Source: a bacterium
GTDB lineage: Bacteria; Patescibacteriota; Minisyncoccia; Minisyncoccales; Minisyncoccaceae
Assembly: GCA_023228085.1 (NCBI GenBank)
Contig: JALOBW010000004.1
Location: 2,070-66,069, forward strand
Direction: 5' to 3'
DNA: 64,000 nucleotides
Shown here: in pieces, positions 56,475 to 64,000 of the stretch
Numbering within the stretch: position 1 is the first letter of the stretch
How the letters are laid out: every line of letters starts with the position of its first letter
Program-made: the position numbers and the translations under genes
The notes under the pieces: model-generated
The model's input: only the letters and a program-made list of their open reading frames with translations
Databases searched by the model: none
What the model was told of the DNA's origin: nothing

Positions 56475-56831
56475 ATGAATAGAGTAATTTTACTTGGTAA
56501 ATTAACAAAAGACCCAGAGATGGGCACTACAAAGAAAGGCACTTCCTTAATGAAGATGTCCATAGTATGTAGTGAGTATGTAAAACAAGGAGACCAATAT
56601 AAGAACATTGAGACTTATGTTGACAATATAGCAGTATGGGGTAAGTATGCTGAATCTATAAATAGCCATCTGCATGAAGGGATGGATGTTATTATAGAGG
56701 GCAAACTTACAAGCAATGAATATGAAGGTAAGCACTATATAAATATCATGGCTGAAAAAGTTGAATTTATAAGAAGCCATGAAAGCTCTCCTAAATCTCA
56801 AACTGAAACAGATGGTGATGTGCCATTTTAA
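56475..56831 (+). CDS. ssb: single-stranded DNA-binding protein
   Basis: MNRVILLGKLTKDPE, VWGK.AE, VIIEGKL; C-terminal DGDVPF. Confidence 0.95.
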   Translation: MNRVILLGKLTKDPEMGTTKKGTSLMKMSIVCSEYVKQGDQYKNIETYVDNIAVWGKYAESINSHLHEGMDVIIEGKLTSNEYEGKHYINIMAEKVEFIRSHESSPKSQTETDGDVPF

Positions 56832-56840
56832 GGAGTAATT

Positions 56841-57101
56841 ATGCCAGACAATAATTTAAGATTGGAAGCAGAAGAAGGTTTTAAGGAAATAACAGACAGT
56901 TATTTTATAAATCTATGTAAAGAATATAATGAACTTGTTAGGGCAGTTGGTAAAGCTAAAAAGATCAAGAAGATACTAGAGCATAGATTTTCAGGTCAAA
57001 GGGTAGAAGTGCCAGGAGTTTGTAGAATAGATTTTTCTACTAAACTAAAGATGGAATATCAATTACTTGCTTCAGATATTGAAGAAGAGGATGGAGAATA
57101 A
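56841..57101 (+). CDS. hypothetical protein, paralog of 62849-63082
   Basis: AAGGAG RBS; shares F(S/A)GQRVEV...CRID. Confidence 0.7.
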   Translation: MPDNNLRLEAEEGFKEITDSYFINLCKEYNELVRAVGKAKKIKKILEHRFSGQRVEVPGVCRIDFSTKLKMEYQLLASDIEEEDGE

Positions 57102-57102
57102 T

Positions 57103-57387
57103 ATGACAGATAAAAAACCTATGACAATAGAAGAAATATTTTCTAAATGCCAAGAGATATTTAATAATAGAAAGACTATAAGAGGGACTCCAGAGAACTC
57201 TTTTCCTGTCCAAGCTAAGTTGGTAGATATTTTCCTTAACCAAAGGGACAAAAATAAACCAATAGGTCCAGATGACGTGTCTATGATATATGCTCTGCTT
57301 AAAATAGGTAGGGAGCTTAATGGAAGAGATGATGATAACATCATAGATGCCATTGTATATTTAGCAATATACCTTACCCAAAAATAG
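57103..57387 (+). CDS. DUF6378-like (MazG-fold nucleotide pyrophosphohydrolase-like) protein
   Basis: RGTPENSF...DDVSMIYALLKIGR...DNIIDAIVY. Confidence 0.65.
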   Translation: MTDKKPMTIEEIFSKCQEIFNNRKTIRGTPENSFPVQAKLVDIFLNQRDKNKPIGPDDVSMIYALLKIGRELNGRDDDNIIDAIVYLAIYLTQK

Positions 57388-57486
57388 AGTAACAATTTAT
57401 GATATATAGAAAGGGTGATACCAATGAATTGTTAATTATTGTAAAAGTTGTTACAAGCCATACCGTACTATAAGACTTTAAAAAGC

Positions 57487-57511
57487 AAGCCCCATCATGG
57501 TGGTGGGGCTT
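57487..57511. terminator. hairpin, possible terminator
   Basis: AAGCCCCA...TGGGGCTT stem in an intergenic gap; an A-run on the 5' side gives a U-tract on the minus strand. Confidence 0.45.
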
Positions 57512-57535
57512 AATCAATACAAAGGAGGAATATAA

Positions 57536-57913
57536 TTGACAAGAAAAAAACATTTACAATCACATACATTTCATACAGAAACAGAATTTGGGCATTTATA
57601 CGTAATAATAAGTGAAGATAATGATAATCCTTATGAATTATTTGCAATTATAGGAAAATCTGGAGATGAAATAGCAGCAATAACAGAAGCTATTGGAAGA
57701 TTAGTTTCATTATGCTTTAAAAGTAGTATAGATATAGTAGAAGTATACAAACAACTGCATGGGATAGTAGGAAAATCAAAATGGACATCAGAAGGTAATG
57801 TTCTTTCTATTCCAGATGGGGTAGCAAGGTGTATAAGATACTATATGGAAAGTAAAAATATAGAAATAAAAGATGAAGATAGTAAAACAATAGGAAATAA
57901 TGATGAAGTATAA
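57536..57913 (+). CDS. stand-alone TSCPD-domain protein (class II ribonucleotide reductase C-terminal domain-like)
   Basis: TEFGHLYVII...PYELF..IGKSG...EAIGRLVSL...QL.GI...VLSIPDGVA; AGGAGG RBS, TTG start. Confidence 0.8.
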   Translation: MTRKKHLQSHTFHTETEFGHLYVIISEDNDNPYELFAIIGKSGDEIAAITEAIGRLVSLCFKSSIDIVEVYKQLHGIVGKSKWTSEGNVLSIPDGVARCIRYYMESKNIEIKDEDSKTIGNNDEV

Positions 57914-58469
57914 TGTAATATACTGTGATCCTCCTTATACTTATAGAAATATTAAAACTGGAGGGTCTATGAAATCTGGAGCATTAAATTTCTATCCAAC
58001 AATAACCAATAAAGATCTAAAGTTATTGCCAATTAGTAATATTTGTGAAAAAGATTGTATTATGTTCCTTTGGGTAACAGTGCCATTGATAGATGAAGGA
58101 ATGGAATTATTGAAAAGTTGGGGATTTAAGTATAAAACAATGCTTACTTGGAGAAAGGTAATGTCTTTGGGACTTGGATATCATTTTAGAGGTCAAACTG
58201 AACATATATTGGTTGGGATGAAAGGCAAAATTAAAGCTTTGAGATGCCAAGTTGAAAATATATATCAATGTAGAGCATTAAAACACTCTGAAAAGCCAGA
58301 ATATTTTAGAGGTCTAATAGAAATGGCAACTGAAAACATCCCCAGCAGGAAAATGGTAGAGTTATTTTCAAGAAAAACTAATATACCATGCTGGAAAACA
58401 ACAGGATTAGATTCAGATGGAATAGATATAAGAGACTTTTTAAAAGGAGAAGTAAGTGACAAAGGTTGA
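57900..58469 (+). CDS. MT-A70 family N6-adenine methyltransferase
   Basis: IYCDPPY, FLWVT, GLGYHFRGQTEH, HSEKP, ELFSR. Confidence 0.9.
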   Translation: MMKYNVIYCDPPYTYRNIKTGGSMKSGALNFYPTITNKDLKLLPISNICEKDCIMFLWVTVPLIDEGMELLKSWGFKYKTMLTWRKVMSLGLGYHFRGQTEHILVGMKGKIKALRCQVENIYQCRALKHSEKPEYFRGLIEMATENIPSRKMVELFSRKTNIPCWKTTGLDSDGIDIRDFLKGEVSDKG

Positions 58470-59214
58470 TCCTAAATTAGAAGGTAGTAATATTGTAGAT
58501 GTAATACCACATTCTGGATATTGCCCAAATGATTGTATTAGTTGTTATTACAATAGTAATTTCTACTTAGATATTAAGAAAGAATTGCCTTTATTGCCTA
58601 ATCCTTCTAAATATGACTTGGACAAAACAATATTTAGAGTTAATTCTGGGCATGATTCTAATATGTTAAGAGAAATGGTAATAGAATCATGTAAGCAATA
58701 TCCTTTAAAGTATTACAATACTGCAATACCAGAGAATATATCTAGATTTGATGCCCCTGTTATACTCACTGTAAATGGAGTAAATCATGATGATAGCCTT
58801 AGAATAGAATGGTGGCTACAAAAACTTACCAAAGAAGACATGAAAAACTTAATGGCAGTAAGATTTAGAGCAAATTGCTGGAATATTATACTATTAGATA
58901 CTATATATAGGATATTTCATAAAAATAAAATACCAATCATAGTAACTCCAATGAGATATCAGCCCTGGTATCACAATTATATGCCAAAGAAATACCATAA
59001 ACATTATATTTTAGAGAAACACATAACTAACCAGTATTATGTTTTGAATAAAGAATCCTGGAATGCAATGAAATCAATGCTACGATTAGAATATTTCTTT
59101 GGCAAGGTGGCAAAAAAAGTAACATACATGTGTGGAAAAACTTATGAAAACAAATATTGCAGAGATTGTGGGCAGTGTGAAAAGTTTTTCTGGGATTTCC
59201 ATAACTCTAAATAG
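58456..59214 (+). CDS. radical SAM-like protein
   Basis: CPNDCISC (CxxxCxxC) near the N-terminus; second Cys cluster C-x7-CRDCGQC at the C-terminus. Confidence 0.7.
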   Translation: MTKVDPKLEGSNIVDVIPHSGYCPNDCISCYYNSNFYLDIKKELPLLPNPSKYDLDKTIFRVNSGHDSNMLREMVIESCKQYPLKYYNTAIPENISRFDAPVILTVNGVNHDDSLRIEWWLQKLTKEDMKNLMAVRFRANCWNIILLDTIYRIFHKNKIPIIVTPMRYQPWYHNYMPKKYHKHYILEKHITNQYYVLNKESWNAMKSMLRLEYFFGKVAKKVTYMCGKTYENKYCRDCGQCEKFFWDFHNSK

Positions 59215-59249
59215 TGGATATGCAACGTGACTACACGAAAGGAGTAAAA

Positions 59250-59552
59250 ATGCCAAGTTATAAAACATGCAATAAATGTAACGGTAGATGCTGTGAGGAA
59301 TTTACTATTCTAACAATACACTATGATGGGATAATGGAAGGAACAATACAAACACCAGATAAGAAACGAGACTTTATTAAGGATATGATTATATTTAAGA
59401 ATTATTCAGAATCTGGCAATAGAGTTATTTTAAATTGCAAGCATTTCGACAAAATATCAAGAATGTGCCTTGTATATAATGATAGACCAGACATGTGTAA
59501 AATATTCAAATGTGATAAAATACCAGGCAGGAAGGGCAATGGAAATAAATAA
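59250..59552 (+). CDS. YkgJ-like Cys-cluster (putative Fe-S/Zn) protein
   Basis: CNKCNGRCC...CKHFD...CLVYNDRPDMCKIFKC; AAGGAG RBS before ATG 59250. Confidence 0.8.
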   Translation: MPSYKTCNKCNGRCCEEFTILTIHYDGIMEGTIQTPDKKRDFIKDMIIFKNYSESGNRVILNCKHFDKISRMCLVYNDRPDMCKIFKCDKIPGRKGNGNK

Positions 59553-60327
59553 AATACTACAAGGAGATGTTTTAGATAAGTTCCCAGAAATACCAGATAA
59601 TTTTGTCCATCTCATAGTAACATCCCCTCCTTATAATGTTGGAATGCAATATGGAACAGATGACAGAAAGAATTATTCTCTATACTTAGATTTCATGAAA
59701 AATGTATTAACCCATTGCTATAGAGTTCTTATTCCAGGTGGGAGAATCTGCATAAACTTACCTTCTTCCATATTGCAATCTACTAAATCAAGAATGGCAT
59801 ATTTAAGCATAGATATACTAATGATAATGAGGGAGATTGGATTTTTAGATAGAGAATTTGTAACTTGGATAAAAATGCCTAGAGGAGAACTTTCTGGAAA
59901 CAATGTAACTTCATGGGGAAGTTGGATGTCTGCTTCTTGCCCTTACTTAAGAGATGCTTCTGAATTAGTAATAATAATGGACAAAGAACAACGCAAGAGA
60001 ACAGACAAGGCTGGCCCAAATGATATATCAAAAGAAGAGTTTCTAAGATTTACAACTAATTGCTGGTATATCCAACCTAACCCAGATAGAAGGGAGCATC
60101 CTGCTCCGTTTCCAGAAGAATTACCTTATAGATGTATTAAACTGTATTCTTGGCCAGGAGATGTTGTATTAGACCCGTTCATGGGCTCAGGGACTACAGC
60201 AGTCACTTGCGTAAAGAATAATAGGAACTACATAGGCATAGAGCTTTCAGAAAAGTTTTGCTATGTAGCATTTAAGAATATAGAACAGGCAAGAATGCCT
60301 TTACTTAAACTAATGGAGGACAAATGA
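59539..60327 (+). CDS. beta-class N4-cytosine/N6-adenine DNA methyltransferase
   Basis: VTSPPY, HPAPFP, VLDPFMGSGTT, YIGIE. Confidence 0.9.
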   Translation: MEINKILQGDVLDKFPEIPDNFVHLIVTSPPYNVGMQYGTDDRKNYSLYLDFMKNVLTHCYRVLIPGGRICINLPSSILQSTKSRMAYLSIDILMIMREIGFLDREFVTWIKMPRGELSGNNVTSWGSWMSASCPYLRDASELVIIMDKEQRKRTDKAGPNDISKEEFLRFTTNCWYIQPNPDRREHPAPFPEELPYRCIKLYSWPGDVVLDPFMGSGTTAVTCVKNNRNYIGIELSEKFCYVAFKNIEQARMPLLKLMEDK

Positions 60328-60932
60328 AAGTAGAATTATTATCAATAACACCAGAACCAGAAAAACATATAGAGTTGTGTGGAAGAACTTGTTATCAGTC
60401 TTATAGTAAAATTACAGAGGATTCTTCTTCAAGATTTATAAGAATGATATTAGAGAATGAGCATGAGTCTGTTTTAGAACATGCTTCTGCTACATTTAGG
60501 ATATCAGGGATTTCCAGAGCAATGACACACCAGTTAGTAAGGCATAGATTAGCTTCATATTCCCAGAAGTCACAAAGATATTGTAAGGAAGAGCAATTTG
60601 AATATGTTATGCCTCCATCCATTGAAAAACATAAAAATAAACTGCCTAAGGCTATTTATAAAAATATCATAGAAGACATGCAATATGCATATAGACATTT
60701 AATTGATTGTGGTGTACCTAAAGAAGATGCAAGGTTTATTCTCCCCAATGCTTGCACAACAGAAATAGTAATGACAGCAAACTTTAGGAATTGGAGACAT
60801 ATTATAAAGATGAGGTGTTCAAAACATGCACAGTGGGAAATTAGAGATGTAATGTGTGAAGTCTTAAAAGTTCTGTATAGCAAAGCTCCAAGTGTATTTA
60901 GAGATTTATTTAACCTTTATATAGGAAACTAA
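60324..60932 (+). CDS. thyX: FAD-dependent thymidylate synthase ThyX
   Basis: HESVLEH, ThyX motif RHRLASYSQKSQRY, EDARFILPN, AQWEIR. Confidence 0.95.
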   Translation: MKVELLSITPEPEKHIELCGRTCYQSYSKITEDSSSRFIRMILENEHESVLEHASATFRISGISRAMTHQLVRHRLASYSQKSQRYCKEEQFEYVMPPSIEKHKNKLPKAIYKNIIEDMQYAYRHLIDCGVPKEDARFILPNACTTEIVMTANFRNWRHIIKMRCSKHAQWEIRDVMCEVLKVLYSKAPSVFRDLFNLYIGN

Positions 60933-60936
60933 AAAG

Positions 60937-61203
60937 ATGAAAGCAGAAGATTATGATACAAATAAATATGGGTGTGAAGAGTGCCCATTTCTAGAAACTG
61001 GGAGCATAACCAATTATGCAAGAAGTGCTAAACATATATCCATGAGATGCTCTATAATAAGAGACATTGAAAGAAAAAAGTCCGTGAAATCTAACCCCTT
61101 TGTTGGTGTAAAACCATCTAATTATACAATATACTATCTTGACAGCATAACAGATAAGGAATTACCAACCATACCATCATTTAAAGATTGCCCAGGAGGA
61201 TAG
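60937..61203 (+). CDS. small Cys-motif protein
   Basis: CEECPF...RC...DCP; pattern similar to 9969-10274. Confidence 0.6.
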   Translation: MKAEDYDTNKYGCEECPFLETGSITNYARSAKHISMRCSIIRDIERKKSVKSNPFVGVKPSNYTIYYLDSITDKELPTIPSFKDCPGG

Positions 61204-61207
61204 CATA

Positions 61208-61432
61208 ATGGAAGAATCAGAAGTAGGATATGAAATTCTAGACAAAAGTGACTTACTATACCAATATGGCTATACATATAATGAAATAGAGAACATCTTA
61301 TTTAATAGGATGTTCCCAATTCCAGAAAAGCATAATAATGATGCATGGAATAAATCAGGTAAGGTTTCTAGTGATGCGCATAAGGTTCCACAATACAGGT
61401 CAAATGTGTTTCATGAAATAGGATTGTATTAA
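61208..61432 (+). CDS. hypothetical protein
   Basis: AGGAGG RBS; its stop overlaps the restored stop of the convergent MTase (TTAA, 61429-61432). Confidence 0.6.
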   Translation: MEESEVGYEILDKSDLLYQYGYTYNEIENILFNRMFPIPEKHNNDAWNKSGKVSSDAHKVPQYRSNVFHEIGLY

Positions 61433-62201
61433 CTAAAACTTATCCTTCCTTGCCTGTTATAATCCTCAATCCTTTTCATACCTTTCTCATAGTAAGTGTG
61501 ATCCTTTTCTATGACTATGTAGCGTCTATTTGTCGATAGACAAGCAATGACAGTTGTGAGGCTCCCCCGAAGGGGTCCAGAACCAGATCACCTTCGTTGG
61601 TATAAGTTTGAATCAGGTATTGGAATAATGCTATGGGCTTTTGAGTGGGGTGCAATCCGAATTCTTCGTCATTATTGTTGTTAAAATATTGAATACTACT
61701 TGGATATTTAAGTTCTGTATAAAAATTGGCTTCTCTTGTTAATGTTTTTAAATTTCCTAAATGATTAATTTCCGTATTGCCATTTCTGATATAATTGTCT
61801 CTTTGAATTGAAGATAAAGACTTCTTTTGCATTATTGGAAAATAATTTATTGATTCCCCGAAAACCAATACATTCTCATGTAATTTCATAGGTTGATATT
61901 TGATAGAAGCAAAATTGCTACCATGATTCTTTTCCCATATCCACTCATACTTAAACCACTTTCGATTCGAGCATATCAAATCCGTAGTGAACGGCTGTGA
62001 AGCTGTGAATACATAAGCACAATTCGGCTTGCCAATACGCTTTAGTTCTGTCCAAAGCTTATCGAGATCTGGAACTATATCCCATGCACAAGCGGTTATT
62101 CCATAAGGCATATCTGTCAACACCAGTTCCACGCTCTTATCCTTGATCTGGGGGAAAATGTCAAGACAATCTGCATTTATTATGCTATTCGGCTCTATCA
62201 T
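61429..62201 (-). pseudogene. beta-class DNA methyltransferase with a frameshift at a G5 run (61564-61568)
   Basis: LTDMPY, HPTQKP, VLDPFGG. Adding one G restores SLTTVIACLSTNRRYIVIEKD...* ending at 61429; AAGGAGG RBS. Confidence 0.8.
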
Positions 62202-62296
62202 TTATCCTCCTTTAACACCCATCTTACAGTTATCAATATCATAACTATAATAATTGACCATCCAGCAACTATTAAAGCCATTTGTAGAGTAATCAC
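62198..62296 (-). CDS. 32-aa membrane peptide, not in the ORF track
   Basis: GTG start; MITLQMALIVAGWSIIIVMILITVRWVLKEDK*; ATGA overlap with the MTase. Confidence 0.55.
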   Translation of the reverse strand: MITLQMALIVAGWSIIIVMILITVRWVLKEDK

Positions 62297-62691
62297 AATA
62301 TATTCCCTTCCATACTATCTATTTCCTCTATTACAATATTCCCACTTATAGTAACAAGATTGCCAGAAATAAACAGAAGGTTTTTTTTGCATGGTAAGGG
62401 AATAAAGGAACAAGTATTAGAAAACCCATGGTAATATTTAATGCAATACCAAACTCTAATAACATCTTTCTCACTTGAACCATACAGTGTTATTTTATAC
62501 TTTGCATCTTCTATCGTAAGTGCAATGCCAGCATCTATAATTTTATGTACCACAATACTACCGCCAACAAGCACCACCAACACTAGTACTATTACTGTTG
62601 CAAGCTTTATTGTTTTCATAGATAACATCTTGTTGATGATATTACAATAATACTTGCTCCAAATGTCTCTGTAATAAACAACCTTCTTCAC
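62293..62691 (-). CDS. membrane-anchored hypothetical protein
   Basis: AAGGAG RBS before GTG 62691; TM LATVIVLVLVVLVGGSIVV. Confidence 0.6.
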   Translation of the reverse strand: MKKVVYYRDIWSKYYCNIINKMLSMKTIKLATVIVLVLVVLVGGSIVVHKIIDAGIALTIEDAKYKITLYGSSEKDVIRVWYCIKYYHGFSNTCSFIPLPCKKNLLFISGNLVTISGNIVIEEIDSMEGNIL

Positions 62692-62705
62692 ACTACTACT
62701 CCTTT

Positions 62706-62831
62706 CTATACCATACCTATTAGTATTAGTATATTCAATATTAAATAAGCAGATAGCCATGCCATAATGGTCAGGGCTACAATCCCAATACCAAGCTTAA
62801 CTTCATCTGGTATTTTATCAACTAAACTCAT
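62706..62831 (-). CDS. 41-aa membrane peptide, not in the ORF track
   Basis: AAGGA RBS; MSLVDKIPDEVKLGIGIVALTIMAWLSAYLILNILILIGMV*. Confidence 0.6.
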   Translation of the reverse strand: MSLVDKIPDEVKLGIGIVALTIMAWLSAYLILNILILIGMV

Positions 62832-62848
62832 AACTACATCCTTTCTTG

Positions 62849-63082
62849 TTATTGGAATTGTCCATTAACTCCTATTGGTTCGTATTTTATTTCATTATCG
62901 GAGGTGCAATCAATTCTGCACATATTACAAACCTCTACTCTTTGCCCAGCAAATTTCTTTCTAAGCTTTTCCTTCATTGCATTGGCAACATCTTGCATAG
63001 CCAAAAGCCTATTAAGATATTGACAATATTTCATTAAATAGTTATCTTCATTTAGTATATATGCTTTTCCAATATCATCCAT
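62849..63082 (-). CDS. hypothetical protein, paralog of 56841-57101
   Basis: AAGGTGAT RBS; FAGQRVEVCNMCRID. Confidence 0.7.
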   Translation of the reverse strand: MDDIGKAYILNEDNYLMKYCQYLNRLLAMQDVANAMKEKLRKKFAGQRVEVCNMCRIDCTSDNEIKYEPIGVNGQFQ

Positions 63083-63137
63083 TTTCTGTCATCACCTTAG
63101 TTGTTATTTCTTTCTTGTTAATGTTTCTCATATATAT

Positions 63138-63166
63138 AATATAGTATTCCAATAGCAATATTTCAA
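63138..63166 (-). promoter_or_regulatory. leftward sigma70-like promoter
   Basis: Minus-strand TTGAAA-17 bp-TATATT upstream of the leftward cassette. Confidence 0.65.
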
Positions 63167-63553
63167 GTACAACCAAAAATAAATTTTACCCTACTACCCT
63201 ATTATAGCTACAGTAGGAATCCTATACACTTAATAATAAGTGTAGCACTTGTCAACCAACAGGCATTACTACTGCTACAATATGTTTCCAGGGGTATGGG
63301 TGTAGGATGCAGTATATATCTTCTCTTATTATGGGTGCCAGAAATCCCTAGATCTGAAAAGTGCAAGCATTGGCACCTTGCTACAGGCAGAAGATGCTCC
63401 AAGAAGGCAAAATATGAGCCAAAAATGAAGGTATGGAAAAAAAATTAGTCCCAGGTATGAGGGAGATCAAGCTTATCCCTGGAAATGTTTCCAGAGCTTG
63501 CCCCACCTGTCGCCCTGATTCTATTGGCTTCCTACCAAGCACTCCTGCACACA

Positions 63554-63615
63554 CTTGATAATACTGGACTTGACAAAGCATACATTATAGATGCTTGATA
63601 ATACTGGACTTGACA
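63554..63615 (+). repeat. 22-bp direct repeat x2 (40-bp period) with a palindromic spacer
   Basis: CTTGATAATACTGGACTTGACA at 63554-63575 and 63594-63615. Confidence 0.9.
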
Positions 63616-64000
63616 GGTGCCCATGCCTTCCAGAGTCAATAGATTCAAGCATCTACAATGTATTATGATAATACTAACATATAATCATGGGTAAATAAGT
63701 ATAATTAAAGTAATAGTATATAATTGGAAATATAGAATGCTTTACTTCAAAACTCTCCGAATTTTGAAGTGATATTCTATATTATCTTAATATTCTATGG
63801 AATATAATATAGTAGGTGAATATAATAATAAGTGTATAATACTGCATGTGAATATCATATATTATAAGTGTATAAACATGGTATACTATAGGATAATAGC
63901 AATAAATGTATTATAATTGAATAGAATATAACTTATGGAATAGGATGACAATATTTGTCAGTGTCCTGAAACAGGACAATATACCCTTGATTACCAGCAC

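Noticed and set aside
57424-57481. RBS + ATG AAT TGT TAA that would read MNCNYCKSCYKPYRTIRL if one T were removed
   Set aside because: Too short to separate from chance; needs read-level or homolog evidence.
63208-63581. Two minus-strand ORFs (64 and 66 aa) in the end region
   Set aside because: No RBS, atypical composition, and one overlaps the repeat element; probably non-coding.
63554-63675. Mini-CRISPR array
   Set aside because: Only two full 22-bp repeats with an 18-bp spacer, too short and too few, and no cas genes.
1-64000. Stop-codon reassignment (TAG or TGA recoding)
   Set aside because: Conserved genes (terL, portal, dnaB, thyX, recA) are full length in the standard code, and TAG/TGA stops fall at sensible gene ends, often overlapping the next RBS. 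The in-frame abutments at 6985/6986 and 40692/40693 are isolated.
1-64000. tRNA, rRNA or tmRNA genes; integrase or att site
   Set aside because: No cloverleaf with recognisable D/T loops in the intergenic gaps and no recombinase motifs. A tRNAscan/Infernal run would be needed to exclude divergent RNAs.

Overview
AT-rich segment of a tailed dsDNA bacteriophage genome (siphovirus-like; standard genetic code; sigma70-type promoters and AGGAGG/GAGGTG ribosome-binding sites). The window opens inside a gene, so the genome continues to the left. Almost all genes are on the + strand. Order: (1) two tandem amidoligase + class II glutamine amidotransferase pairs with Cys-rich extensions (0.4-5.6 kb); (2) recombination/repair genes (RecA, Rad52-like annealase, Mre11/SbcD, RNA ligase, Rad50/SbcC, RuvC-like) and a DNA methyltransferase; (3) packaging and head genes (TerL, PBSX-type portal, XkdF-like protease, scaffold, major capsid, head-tail joining); (4) an ~8 kb glycan-modification cluster (GT9-MTase, GT2-GT9-MTase, two further MTases, sulfotransferase, GT2) interleaved with neck genes and GroES, followed by a signal-peptide-bearing Thr-rich adhesin-like protein; (5) holin-like and tail genes; (6) replication (SF2 helicase, initiator-like protein, DnaB, SSB); (7) a nucleotide/DNA-modification block (DUF6378-like, orphan TSCPD, MT-A70, radical SAM, YkgJ-like, N4/N6 MTase, ThyX); (8) a short leftward cassette with a frameshifted MTase and a repeat-containing non-coding end. 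I found no tRNA, rRNA, CRISPR array, integrase, primase, DNA polymerase or endolysin. All product calls come from reading motifs by eye; no database search was possible.
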